DNA of 32,000 bases from Microcystis aeruginosa NIES-843 (GCF_000010625.1 NC_010296.1:5700001-5732000); one strand, 5' to 3'; positions 6,714-16,234 are shown, counted from the first letter of the stretch. Numbers and translations are program-made. The notes: generated by a model not told the origin, from the letters alone.

Positions 6714-8444
6714 TTAATAATAACTGCCAGATTTGCGATGATGGATGGCGGTTAAACCCTGGTGTAAAACCCTGCCTTTTTCTGCGATCGCATAAAGCAG
6801 CCAATGATCACCGCACTCCATTCGTTGTTCTACCCGACATTCCAGATAAGCGAGCGCTTCGGCCAGAATCGGCCCACCGTTCTCAGCTTTAGTGGTTTCG
6901 ATATTAGCAAAACGATCTTCTCCGGGGGAAAAAGGTTTAAGAAAATGCTTCATTAAAGCCAAATGTTGACCTTCTTGGAGGATATTAAGGACAAAAGGCG
7001 TACCGCTATAAAGCAGAGACTCGATCGCTCGTTCTTTCGCCACGGCAATAGTCAATCCAGGGGGGGTGAACGTCGCTTGCGACACCCAAGAGGCTAACAT
7101 GGCGCCGCGCAATTCCCCCAATTCGCAGGTGACGATACAGAGAGAACCCACCAAACGGCCCAGAGCCTGCGATCGCCGATCGCTTTGGGATTGGTTAACA
7201 TTAGTTTTCGGTTGTCTGCTTTTGCGAGCTTTTTTGACTGCTTGAGCGAAATCGGTTCCCGCTTCCTCACAGGTCTTTAAAATTGCCTCCGTGGGCTTAA
7301 ATTTAACCCGAATTGGCTCAAAACCGAAGCGATAACCGCCATCCCGGAATTTACCTTCCAAAAGATCGATCGCTTCACCACTCCAACCGTAGGAGCCAAA
7401 AACCCCCACCAGCTTGCTTTTATCGCCATTTGCCAGGGTAATCCCCAAGGCGGTTTGGATGGGAGTCGGTGCGTGTCCTCCCAAAGTGGGGGAACCAAAG
7501 ATAAAACCGACACTTTTTTCGATCGCCGTTTTGATCTCGTCTGGTTCAGCGAACTCGGCATTAATCGCCGTGACTGCTACTGCCGCTTTCGTGATCCCCA
7601 TGGCGATCGCTTGAGCAAGGGTGGCGGTGTTGCCGTAGGCACTGGCATAAATCAGGGCGATTGTCAACTCTTGATACTTTTGTACTGCTAACCATTGTTG
7701 ATAGGAAAGGGTCAATTCGTGCATCCCGTAACGCACCAGAGGACCGTGACCAACGGCATAAAATAAGGGCGATTTAGCGGCTAATTTCTCCAAAGCGTTG
7801 CTAATTTGGCTGGCATAGGGAGCCATGAGACAATCGAAATAATAACGCCGATCTTCGTTATAAACTGTCCAACCCTCATCAAAAATTTGGTCGCCACAAA
7901 CGTGCGCTCCGAACAATTTATCGGTGTAGAGAATATCGGTTTTGCTGTCGTAGGTACAGAGTTGATCGGGAAATCGGGGGTTAGGAGTGGGGATAAATTC
8001 TAATTGATGGTTGGCTCCTAAATTTAATATTTCTTCCCCCTTGACAACGAACAGATTTAATGCTTCGGTTTCGAGAATTTTTTTCAGGGAAATTGCCCCC
8101 GGATTGGAACAAACAAAAGTGACTTGAGGCGCGATTTCTAAAAGTGCCTTGAGGGTGACGGCACGATTGGGGTTAACGTGACCGAGGATAATATAATCAA
8201 TAGTTTTCGGATCGATTCTTTTAGTTAAAGCCTCTAAAAATATGGACGAAAATGATTCCCCTGGTGGATCAAAAAGAGCGACCTTTTCACTTTTAATCAG
8301 ATAACTATTGGCGGTGGTTCCCTTTTGTAATCCGTATTCGATCTCGAATTTTAACCGGTCCCAAGTGCGGGAACGAAAGACAAAAGTATCGGCGGCTATC
8401 GGTGCTACTTGTACATCTCTCGGTTTGACAATTGCATTATTCAT
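6714..8444 (-). CDS. flv: flavodiiron protein (metallo-beta-lactamase-like, flavodoxin and flavin-reductase domains), A-type with a non-canonical diiron site
   Basis: 576-aa ORF with the three-domain cyanobacterial FDP architecture. The ligand motif reads H-V-N-P-N-R (8163-8180) instead of H-x-E-x-D-H. Confidence 0.9.
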   Translation of the reverse strand: MNNAIVKPRDVQVAPIAADTFVFRSRTWDRLKFEIEYGLQKGTTANSYLIKSEKVALFDPPGESFSSIFLEALTKRIDPKTIDYIILGHVNPNRAVTLKALLEIAPQVTFVCSNPGAISLKKILETEALNLFVVKGEEILNLGANHQLEFIPTPNPRFPDQLCTYDSKTDILYTDKLFGAHVCGDQIFDEGWTVYNEDRRYYFDCLMAPYASQISNALEKLAAKSPLFYAVGHGPLVRYGMHELTLSYQQWLAVQKYQELTIALIYASAYGNTATLAQAIAMGITKAAVAVTAINAEFAEPDEIKTAIEKSVGFIFGSPTLGGHAPTPIQTALGITLANGDKSKLVGVFGSYGWSGEAIDLLEGKFRDGGYRFGFEPIRVKFKPTEAILKTCEEAGTDFAQAVKKARKSRQPKTNVNQSQSDRRSQALGRLVGSLCIVTCELGELRGAMLASWVSQATFTPPGLTIAVAKERAIESLLYSGTPFVLNILQEGQHLALMKHFLKPFSPGEDRFANIETTKAENGGPILAEALAYLECRVEQRMECGDHWLLYAIAEKGRVLHQGLTAIHHRKSGSYY

Positions 8445-8809
8445 AATCTTAGTTACCAGTTATCAGTTAAGTAGTCAATTAGTTAAGCGGCAACTTGAGG
8501 CTGTGATCATTTTTTACTAGGCAAGTTTGGCATCAAAGTCAACACTTGATTTTTGACTAAATACAGCCTTTTATCGCTGGGGACGAGTGGGGAAATTTAT
8601 AGGTTATCTTGCCAGCCGGAAGGACATCAATATCTACAGTACACTATCTCTGGGAAGAAACCTAGCTTCTAGCAATTGGCTCGCGGGTAACGATACTCCT
8701 CTGGGGGGATTTGCCAGTCTATTGAGAAATTCTAAAGGGAAGGTGATCCCCAGAAGCGAGGTGCTAGTCTGAGGAAAACCCTGCTCTCTCCCTATCAGGC
8801 AAAGTTTTT

Positions 8810-9100
8810 ATGAGCTATCAGCACTCGTCTTTTGACTGCACTAGCGCCAATTTTGAGAAAGCCGCTTTGACTCATTTTCGCGCTCTTGTGGCTTTTTTAC
8901 CGGATAATTGCCGTGTTTACCGACAAACTTGGGAATTTTCCACGGTTCTCTGTCTCGATTGTCTAGCTTGTTTGGAGGGACTAGCAATCACCCGTCAAAA
9001 TTTCGCCCATCTAGTTAATGTGACACAAGAACTCGGTTTAGGTCAAGCAATTATTTTGAAAGTAGGCAATAAAATCGTTGAGTGGCATCGTTTAAACTAA
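8810..9100 (+). CDS. hypothetical protein (96 aa)
   Basis: ATG-initiated ORF in an otherwise empty spacer, followed by a strong palindrome at 9258-9285. No recognisable family. Confidence 0.35.
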   Translation: MSYQHSSFDCTSANFEKAALTHFRALVAFLPDNCRVYRQTWEFSTVLCLDCLACLEGLAITRQNFAHLVNVTQELGLGQAIILKVGNKIVEWHRLN

Positions 9101-9257
9101 AATCTCAATTTTCGACCATCTCAACAGTCTAGAAAAAAATCGGCTCTCTGTGTTCTTTGTGTCTCTGTGGTTTATCTTTAACGCTTATAACTACCTCTTA
9201 CCTCTGGGTGCATCTCATTTTTGCACTCTCAAAAATTAATTATGCAAGAACTCTATA

Positions 9258-9285
9258 GTAGGGTTGATTCATGAATCAACCCTAC
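9258..9285. terminator. 28-nt perfect palindrome between convergent genes (possible bidirectional terminator)
   Basis: GTAGGGTTGATTCATGAATCAACCCTAC is a perfect palindrome. It lies between the + ORF ending at 9100 and hypF ending at 9456. Confidence 0.45.
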
Positions 9286-9455
9286 CCAAACCCTAGAGCG
9301 CATTGGTTTTTCGGTGGGATGCTTACAGGCAGCTGCTGATATGTCTGTAATAATTTAAGGGTCACTGATAATTGCTGATTGTCGGTATTTCTGCAAATGT
9401 GAGAGGCACCCCTTGCCTCTTGTCTATCCTAACCAAGAAGTTAATTTTGTCCTAT

Positions 9456-11720
9456 CTAGAACTGTTTGAGTCTAGAAAAAGCCCCGATAATTTGACCAAG
9501 GCTAATACCACCATCATTAGTGGGAACAGTTTGCTGCCAGTAGGGTTGAAATCCCGAAGCTTGTAAGCGATTAATTGTTCTTTCCGTCAGATAACGATTT
9601 TGAAAACAGCCTCCCGTCAAGAGAATTTTTTCTCTACCTATTCTCTGAGCAATTTCTACAATAATCTCACTTAAACTATTATGAAATTTAGCGGCAATTA
9701 TGCCGATTTGTACTTGTTTTTCTAAATCCTCAACAACTCCTAAAATTATCTGATTCCAATCAATAACTATGGGTGAGTCAGCTGATAAAGAAAAATTATA
9801 ATATTCCTCCGTTTTAATGCCCTCAAGGGCAAATTCTAACTGCATTGCTGCCTGTCCCTCAAAACTTAATTGATAACATAAACCTAGAATCGCCGCCACA
9901 CCATCAAACAAACGCCCGACACTAGAAGTTAAAGGACAATTAATTTTTTTTGTTAACATTTGCCTAAAAATAGACCATTCCTGTTCACTAAAAGCTGATT
10001 TTATCCTATCAGTATTTTCCATAACTTCTAGTAATCCTAAAGCCACTCGTCTGGGTTCTTTAACCGCTTTTTCTCCTCCGGGTAATGGCCAGGGTTTAAA
10101 ATGGGCGACTCGCTGCCAAGAATCGGCAGTGATATGGATAAATTCTCCCCCCCAAATTGTGCCATCTAAACCGTATCCTGTTCCATCCCAAGCAACCCCT
10201 AAAACCGGAGGTTGTAGCTGATGTTCTGCCATGCAGGATAAAACGTGAGCGTAATGGTGTTGAATGGGAATAACGGGTAAATTTAAACTATAAGCGTACT
10301 TGGTTGCTAGATATTCAGGATGAGCATCACAGGCAATAACTTCGGGTGCAAACTCGTATAATTTTTTTAAACTATCGAGAATATTTTCAAAGTGATTAAC
10401 GGCATTAACTGTATCTAAATCGCCTATATGTTGACTAATAAAAACTTGATTTTTTTGATAGATAGCCACGGTATTTTTAAAATAACTTCCCACGGCTAGA
10501 ATCGGAGGAAAATCTCCCTCATTAACTTTAACGGGAAAGGGAGCATATCCCCGCGCTCGCCGCAAAATCATCGCTTTTCCTGCCATTTCCCTGATAATAG
10601 AGTCATCCACTGGTCGAACAATAGGACGATTATGAACTAGAAATAAATCGGCGATAGTTCCCAATTTTTCTAAAGCTTCTTTTTCCTCAATACAGATAGG
10701 TTCATCGGCTAGATTACCACTGGTTGCTACAATAGGAAAGCCCAATTCTGCTAATAAAAGATGATGTAAGGGAGTATAGGGTAACATGACTCCTAGATAG
10801 GGATTACCCGGAGAAACGGCAGCAGAAAGATAATTTTTTCTTTGTTTGATCAGGACGATTGCCGCAGCAGGAGACTGCAATAATTGCGATTCTAAAGAAG
10901 AGACATAACCATGCTTTTTCACTAACTCAAGATTAGGATACATCACGGCAAAAGGTTTATCCAGTCGCTGTTTACGTTGTCGCAATTTTTGCACTGCTTC
11001 CGTATTTCTTGCATCGACGACTAGGTGAAATCCTCCTAATCCTTTGATCGCTATAATTTTTCCCTGTTCAATTGCTCTAGCAGTAGCGATTAAAGCTTGA
11101 TCTTTTTCCGCTAATACACATCCTTGACTATCTAAAAGACTAATTTGGGGTCCGCAACGAGGACAGGCATTCGGTTGGGCATGAAAACGGCGATCCAGAG
11201 GGTTTTCGTATTCCCTTTGACATTCGGGACACTGATTAAAACCCCTCATAGTTGTGGCACTGCGATCATAGGGCAAACTCTCGATGATACTGTAGCGAGG
11301 ACCGCAGTTAGTGCAGTTAGTAAAAGGATAGCGATAACGACGATTATTCGGGTCAAAAATATCGGCTAAACAATCGGGACAAGTGGCTAAATCGGGCAGA
11401 ACAATTGTATTTTTTTCACCGCCGCTGCTAGGCCGTATGCTAAAGTTTTGATAACCGACGGGATTTAACCATTGAGTCTCAATATTTTCAATTAGCGATC
11501 GAGGTGGTTTTTCTAAAGATAATCGAGTCAAAAAAGTTTCTAGTTTGTCTCGATTGCCCTCGACTTCAATAAAAACTCCCGCTGCTGTGTTATTCACCCA
11601 ACCGGCTACGTTTAATTCCGTTGCTAATCGATAAACAAAAGGACGAAAACCGACCCCTTGTACTGCCCCGCGCACAATTAAAGCTAATCGCTGCTCGGAT
11701 TGAATGCTCTGATTATTCAT
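9456..11720 (-). CDS. hypF: [NiFe]-hydrogenase maturation carbamoyltransferase HypF
   Basis: 754 aa. It has an N-terminal acylphosphatase-like block (VRGAVQGVGFRPFVYRLA), two CxxC-x18-CxxC zinc-finger pairs, a YrdC-like block and a C-terminal Kae1-like domain. Confidence 0.92.
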   Translation of the reverse strand: MNNQSIQSEQRLALIVRGAVQGVGFRPFVYRLATELNVAGWVNNTAAGVFIEVEGNRDKLETFLTRLSLEKPPRSLIENIETQWLNPVGYQNFSIRPSSGGEKNTIVLPDLATCPDCLADIFDPNNRRYRYPFTNCTNCGPRYSIIESLPYDRSATTMRGFNQCPECQREYENPLDRRFHAQPNACPRCGPQISLLDSQGCVLAEKDQALIATARAIEQGKIIAIKGLGGFHLVVDARNTEAVQKLRQRKQRLDKPFAVMYPNLELVKKHGYVSSLESQLLQSPAAAIVLIKQRKNYLSAAVSPGNPYLGVMLPYTPLHHLLLAELGFPIVATSGNLADEPICIEEKEALEKLGTIADLFLVHNRPIVRPVDDSIIREMAGKAMILRRARGYAPFPVKVNEGDFPPILAVGSYFKNTVAIYQKNQVFISQHIGDLDTVNAVNHFENILDSLKKLYEFAPEVIACDAHPEYLATKYAYSLNLPVIPIQHHYAHVLSCMAEHQLQPPVLGVAWDGTGYGLDGTIWGGEFIHITADSWQRVAHFKPWPLPGGEKAVKEPRRVALGLLEVMENTDRIKSAFSEQEWSIFRQMLTKKINCPLTSSVGRLFDGVAAILGLCYQLSFEGQAAMQLEFALEGIKTEEYYNFSLSADSPIVIDWNQIILGVVEDLEKQVQIGIIAAKFHNSLSEIIVEIAQRIGREKILLTGGCFQNRYLTERTINRLQASGFQPYWQQTVPTNDGGISLGQIIGAFSRLKQF

Positions 11721-11769
11721 AAAAATTTAACGGGGAAATCATCAAATTCATCCCTGATTACTTTTCCCG

Positions 11770-12444
11770 TTATACTAAACTTTCACTAATCACCCGACAG
11801 CATTCTTCCACACTGGCCCTTTTTTCCATAGCTATCACTAAAGCTTGATAGGCAGTCTGTTGTTTTTCTAAAAGAGTTTTTGCCTGTAATAAACTCCAGC
11901 GCTCTTTTTGGGCATAATTATTCTCGGAAACCCCCGCTAATTTTAAGGCCGATTGCAGATAAAATCGATCGCTTTCTCCCCCTGCCGCTTTACCATAAAC
12001 TAAGGTTTCGGCAGCAATTCCCGCCATCCACACCGTAGAAATTCGCTCTAAAAAAGCAGGAAAATCAGTAAAGTTCTTGACTTTTTGCTCTAAATCTGCT
12101 AGGTCAAATTGAACACCGCCGACTCCCTCCTGGCCTTGACGAAAGGCTTCCCAAGCGGTCAAACTATAACTGGCGATCGGAATGCCCAAAATATAAGCGG
12201 TGAGAAAATGTCCGGCTTCGTGGTAAATAACTCTTTGACGGTGTTTACTAGGAGAAAGAGCATCCAGTAGTAAAGTCACGCCCCGGTTATTAAAGGTGAG
12301 AGTATCAACGGTAACTAATCCCAAGAGGCTAAAAGTAGCTAAAGCAGGGACAAAAGGCGAAATAGACAGCAAAGGGGTGACAAATACGGAAAGAGTGATC
12401 GAAAAAACGGTAATTGCGATCAGATTTAAAGCTGTCTGTTCCAT
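11770..12444 (-). CDS. membrane protein with HEAGH zinc-metalloprotease motif (FtsH peptidase M41-like)
   Basis: 224 aa with two N-terminal hydrophobic helices followed by VIYHEAGHFLTAYILG. Confidence 0.6.
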   Translation of the reverse strand: MEQTALNLIAITVFSITLSVFVTPLLSISPFVPALATFSLLGLVTVDTLTFNNRGVTLLLDALSPSKHRQRVIYHEAGHFLTAYILGIPIASYSLTAWEAFRQGQEGVGGVQFDLADLEQKVKNFTDFPAFLERISTVWMAGIAAETLVYGKAAGGESDRFYLQSALKLAGVSENNYAQKERWSLLQAKTLLEKQQTAYQALVIAMEKRASVEECCRVISESLV

Positions 12445-12892
12445 AAAAATTAATAAAAATATACAAATGCTTAATACTATGTTACCGAAAAATTGGGATT
12501 AAAGCCTCGCCCTTTTAGGGCGACTTTATATGATCTATGATATTAAGAATAGCGGGCAGGGTAAGCAACCGCTTAAAAAACCCAGTCATCGCCGGATGAA
12601 CGCACCTTGAAAACTAGAGTTATGGGGTTCTATAGGGGAATGCTCCTATAGGTAAAAATTCTCAGCACCAAGTACCAGAGAAACCAAGCATTTTAGAGGT
12701 TTTGAACTGTATCGTGGGGCACACGAAAACAGGCTTCTGTAAGGGAGCGAAAGTCTGAGGAGAGAACCACCTCTGGGTGGGATTTCGCCAGGAATCTAAT
12801 TCAAGTGGACTCGTTGAGCCAGAAATTCTCAGCAGTGATGCTAGAAGAATCCACGTCCGTTTACGGCGTGGGGTATGTCAAATTCCTTAGTT

Positions 12893-13303
12893 TTATTTTC
12901 CCCGAATCAACCAACCAATTACCCCACCCACAAAAGCAGTCACAATCGATATACCGATCTGTTTCCAGTTTTTTACCTCCCCAATTTTTTCGGCTAAATC
13001 GGGAATTTTTCCCACGGATGCCTCGATGAGTTGCACTCTTTCATTTAAACCCGTGATTTTTGCGTCTAAAGTCCTGATTTCTCCCTTAATTTCCGTCTGT
13101 CCTATCTCTAAGACCTGAATTTCTCTTTTGATCTCTCCGACGCTATTCTCGATCGCTTTTTGTCCATTCTCCAAAGAGGTTAAACGAGTTTCGATCGCTT
13201 TTTGTCCACTCTCCAGAGAAGTTAAACGAGTTTCGATCGCTTTTTGTCCATTGATAATCAGATTTTCTAACCTTTTTAGGTCATTTTCCGTAAAAGCCGT
13301 CAT
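12893..13303 (-). CDS. coiled-coil protein with C-terminal membrane anchor and internal 14-aa repeats
   Basis: 136 aa. GQKAIETRLTSLES, GQKAIETRLTSLEN and GQKAIEN are encoded by 42-bp tandem units at 13149-13254. The C-terminus IGISIVTAFVGGVIGWLI is hydrophobic. Confidence 0.6.
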   Translation of the reverse strand: MTAFTENDLKRLENLIINGQKAIETRLTSLESGQKAIETRLTSLENGQKAIENSVGEIKREIQVLEIGQTEIKGEIRTLDAKITGLNERVQLIEASVGKIPDLAEKIGEVKNWKQIGISIVTAFVGGVIGWLIRGK

Positions 13304-13430
13304 CAGCTAAACTCCTAATAGATTAATTTTTTCTCGTCTTGAGATTGAGTCGATCGTTGACTAATTTAATTATGGAGTCAAAATCAAGCTGTTACCCATT
13401 GATAGTTCTAGGTTCGACGCGGCAATAAGT

Positions 13431-13816
13431 ATTTAGGGTGATAGGGAAATTTCCCCCACTTCCCCAATTCCCCACTTCCCCTTTACCATAAATAAACATT
13501 ATTGTTTTCCTGTATGGATAACTTTTATTGATGAACATCGATCGCACTATGCAAGAGGCAATAGGGATTTAGGGTGATAGGCAAATTTCCGCTAAATCCC
13601 TCACCTCCCCACTTCCCCACTTCCCCTTTACCATAAATAAACATTATTGTTTTCCTGTATGGATAACTTTTATTGATGAATATCGCTCGCACTATGCAAG
13701 AGGCAATAGGGATTTAGGGTGATAGGGAAATTTCCGCTAAATCCCTCACCTCCCCACTTCCCACACTCCCTACTCCTGTCTCCTGTCTTCTAAATTCTGC
13801 TGTATTGTTTCCCCTC
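13431..13816 (+). repeat. about 2.5 tandem copies of a 136-145-bp unit directly upstream of the phosphatase gene
   Basis: Units start at 13431, 13567 and 13712 (ATTTAGGGTGATAGG...). The first two end with copies of the gene start (ATGAACATCGATCGCACTAT at 13531, ATGAATATCGCTCGCACTAT at 13676). Confidence 0.9.
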
Positions 13817-14623
13817 ATGAATATCGATCGCACTATCCAACTAGCTCATCAATTAGCGGACGCGTCTGGAGAGATTATCCGGCGCTATTTTCGGCAGCCC
13901 CATCTAGAAACCGAGACCAAACTCGATCAAGTTTCCTCAATAGTAACAATCGCCGATCAAGAAGCTGAGGAGGCGATGGTGGCGATTATTCGGCGAGAAT
14001 TGCCTGAAGATGGGGTTATTCGAGAAGAAGGAGCCAATATTCCCTCCCAAAGTGGTCGTTATTGGGTATTGGATCCGATCGATGGCACATCCTCTTTTGT
14101 CAAAGGATTGCCTATTTTTGGGACTTTAATCGGCCTAGTGGCAGAAAATCAACCGATTTTAGGAATTGTCGATCAACCGATTTTAGGCGATCGCTGGTTA
14201 GGAGTGAAGGGAAAAGCGAGTCTTTATAATAACCAGATGATTGTTAATCCCTACCGTCAAGATCGGGAACTTGTCTTAAAAAATGCCTGTTTAGCCTCCA
14301 CCACTCCCTTAATGTTTATCACAGAACGACAACAAGCGATCGCTCGTCAGCTGCAAAGCGTCTGTAAACGTACCGCTTTTGGGGGTGATTGTTATAACTA
14401 TATGATGTTAGCCACCGGCTGCACTGCCATGCCGATGGTCATCCTAGAATCAGACCTGAAATACTACGATTTTTGTGCTTTAGTCCCGATTATTGAAGGT
14501 GCGGGCGGAATAATTAGCGATTGGTCAGGTAATCCCCTACAAGCTGATTCTAGCGAAGTTTTAGCCGTCTCTAATTCGGGTTTATGGCGGCAGGTTTTAG
14601 AACAAATCAGCAGAGTGGGTTAG
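13817..14623 (+). CDS. inositol monophosphatase family protein (possible histidinol-phosphatase HisN type)
   Basis: WVLDPIDGTSSFVKGLPIFGTLIGL and the overall ~270-aa length fit the IMPase family. I prefer the ATG at 13817 (MNIDRTIQ...) to the TTG at 13805 used by the ORF track. Confidence 0.85.
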   Translation: MNIDRTIQLAHQLADASGEIIRRYFRQPHLETETKLDQVSSIVTIADQEAEEAMVAIIRRELPEDGVIREEGANIPSQSGRYWVLDPIDGTSSFVKGLPIFGTLIGLVAENQPILGIVDQPILGDRWLGVKGKASLYNNQMIVNPYRQDRELVLKNACLASTTPLMFITERQQAIARQLQSVCKRTAFGGDCYNYMMLATGCTAMPMVILESDLKYYDFCALVPIIEGAGGIISDWSGNPLQADSSEVLAVSNSGLWRQVLEQISRVG

Positions 14624-14637
14624 TGCGAATGCCAAGA

Positions 14638-14868
14638 TAATTAAGGCTGGCTGAATAAATCTAAAAACCTTGTTGGGTAAGACTTTTAGACTTTTTGTCA
14701 ATCAAAAAGTACCAGTTATGGGAGTGATCGTGGGAAAATTCAGGTACTTTTTCTCTGAAAATTAGGTAATTGACCAGATGAGAATCGGTAAAAACCTACA
14801 CCCCACACCCCACACCCCACACCCCACACCCTGTCCCCACGAAAAACTTTTTCAGCAGACCCTAATTA
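14638..14868 (-). mobile_element. MITE family A, copy 2 (inverted; core 14644-14862, flanked by direct TAATTA)
   Basis: It is the reverse complement of the 1007-1246 and 27475-27700 body, including the (ACACCCC)n tract at 14798-14831. TAATTA occurs at 14638-14643 and 14863-14868. Confidence 0.75.
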
Positions 14869-14896
14869 ATCAACAGCTAACCCACCCCCGCAGCAA

Positions 14897-15604
14897 TTAA
14901 ACCGTGGCTAATTGAGGTTGGGGACGTTTGCTGTTACGGATACCTTCGATCGCCGTCGCGTAATCGGGGGCATTAAATACCGCCGAACCTGCTACAATCG
15001 CATTAGCACCCGCTTCGAGAACTTGCCAAGTATTAGCCGGTTTTAAGCCGCCATCCACTTCAATCCAGGGATCCAAGCCTCTTTCATCGCACATTTGGCG
15101 TAATTGAAGGATTTTGGGGACAACTTCCGGGATAAAACTCTGGCCACCAAAACCGGGGTTAACGCTCATAATTAGGACTAAATCGCACAAATGCAGCACA
15201 TATTCGATTAAATCTAGGGGAGTGGAGGGATTTAACACCACACCCGCTTGTTTACCGAGTTCGCGGATTTGGCAAAGAGTACGATGGAGGTGGGGAGAAG
15301 CATTATGTTCAGCGTGAACAGAAATAATGTCAGCACCCGCTTTCGCAAAGTCAGCCACATATTTTTCTGGTTCCACGATCATTAAATGCACATCTAAAGG
15401 TTTTTTCGTATAGGGACGAATAGCGGAGACAATCAGGGGTCCAATGGTGATATTCGGGACAAAACGACCATCCATCACATCAACGTGAATCCAATCGGCT
15501 CCTGCCTTATCCACAGCCTCGATATCGGCTCCTAATTTACTAAAATCCGCCGATAGGATCGAGGGAGAGACAACGATCGACTTCGAGCTTCCGTTTTGGG
15601 TCAT
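14897..15604 (-). CDS. rpe: ribulose-phosphate 3-epimerase
   Basis: 235 aa. [41 protein letters not shown] and VDGGL are classic Rpe motifs. Confidence 0.93.
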   Translation of the reverse strand: MTQNGSSKSIVVSPSILSADFSKLGADIEAVDKAGADWIHVDVMDGRFVPNITIGPLIVSAIRPYTKKPLDVHLMIVEPEKYVADFAKAGADIISVHAEHNASPHLHRTLCQIRELGKQAGVVLNPSTPLDLIEYVLHLCDLVLIMSVNPGFGGQSFIPEVVPKILQLRQMCDERGLDPWIEVDGGLKPANTWQVLEAGANAIVAGSAVFNAPDYATAIEGIRNSKRPQPQLATV

Positions 15605-15898
15605 GGCTAACTATAGAATTTCGTGTTTATATTTTCGTAACAATCTTATCAGCAATCAGTGATCAGTGATCACTAATCGGATTTGAGTTTTCAGTCGGGG
15701 TAATCCCAGGGCATTTTGTATAAATTGTAACAGACAAAAATTTGTAATTGTTGTATAGCAATAACCGCTACTGACAATCAATCATTTCTACTCTAGAATA
15801 AAAGATGTTGCAATCCCTTTTAGGGAATTTATTAGAAACTTGAGGTATATAAGTGTGACATAATCACAGTTTCGCATTTAACCTTCATAACCTGAAAT

Positions 15899-16234
15899 AT
15901 GAATATCATTGACGCTTTAAATCTCAAAAAACCCCAAGATTACCCTTCTAGAGAAGCCTATCAGCAAGACGTTGTCAAAGCGGTACAGGTCTTAATGCGT
16001 TTAGGTATTATGGATAGTCCCTCGGCCGATTTAACCGCTTCCCTAGACTCTATCCTTGAGAAATTACAAGAGGATGAACTGGCTATCTACGGTAGAAAAC
16101 GCAGTAAACAAGAAATTATCGCCGATTTAAAGCAAGTTAATAGTGAAATTGTCGAACTCGATCGAGAAATAGCTGACTTAGAATGGCAAATTGCCCTCAA
16201 AAAAGCTGAAATATCTGTTAATGAAACATCTTAG
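15899..16234 (+). CDS. hypothetical protein with C-terminal coiled coil (111 aa)
   Basis: ATG-initiated ORF with no overlap with other features. No family recognised. Confidence 0.45.
   Translation: MNIIDALNLKKPQDYPSREAYQQDVVKAVQVLMRLGIMDSPSADLTASLDSILEKLQEDELAIYGRKRSKQEIIADLKQVNSEIVELDREIADLEWQIALKKAEISVNETS

Noticed and set aside
8587-8772. Short track ORFs in spacers: 8587-8772, 9372-9566, 12805-13029, 13128-13310, 18339-18524.
   Set aside because: They have non-ATG or weak starts, overlap real genes or terminator palindromes, and show no motifs. They are treated as noise.
12510-12520. CCCTTTTAGGG hairpin motif shared between 12510-12520 and 15815-15825.
   Set aside because: There are only two copies and the flanks are unrelated. 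It could be chance, or a generic small hairpin.
12749-12761. GAAA-GT-CTGAGGA, resembling hammerhead ribozyme core boxes.
   Set aside because: Only 2 nt separate the boxes, so there is no room for the required helices. No matching stem I/II/III arrangement could be drawn.
13431-13816. Possible CRISPR array, because of regularly spaced repeats.
   Set aside because: The whole 136-145-bp unit is repeated, including the would-be spacers. There are no short conserved repeats alternating with unique spacers and no cas genes.
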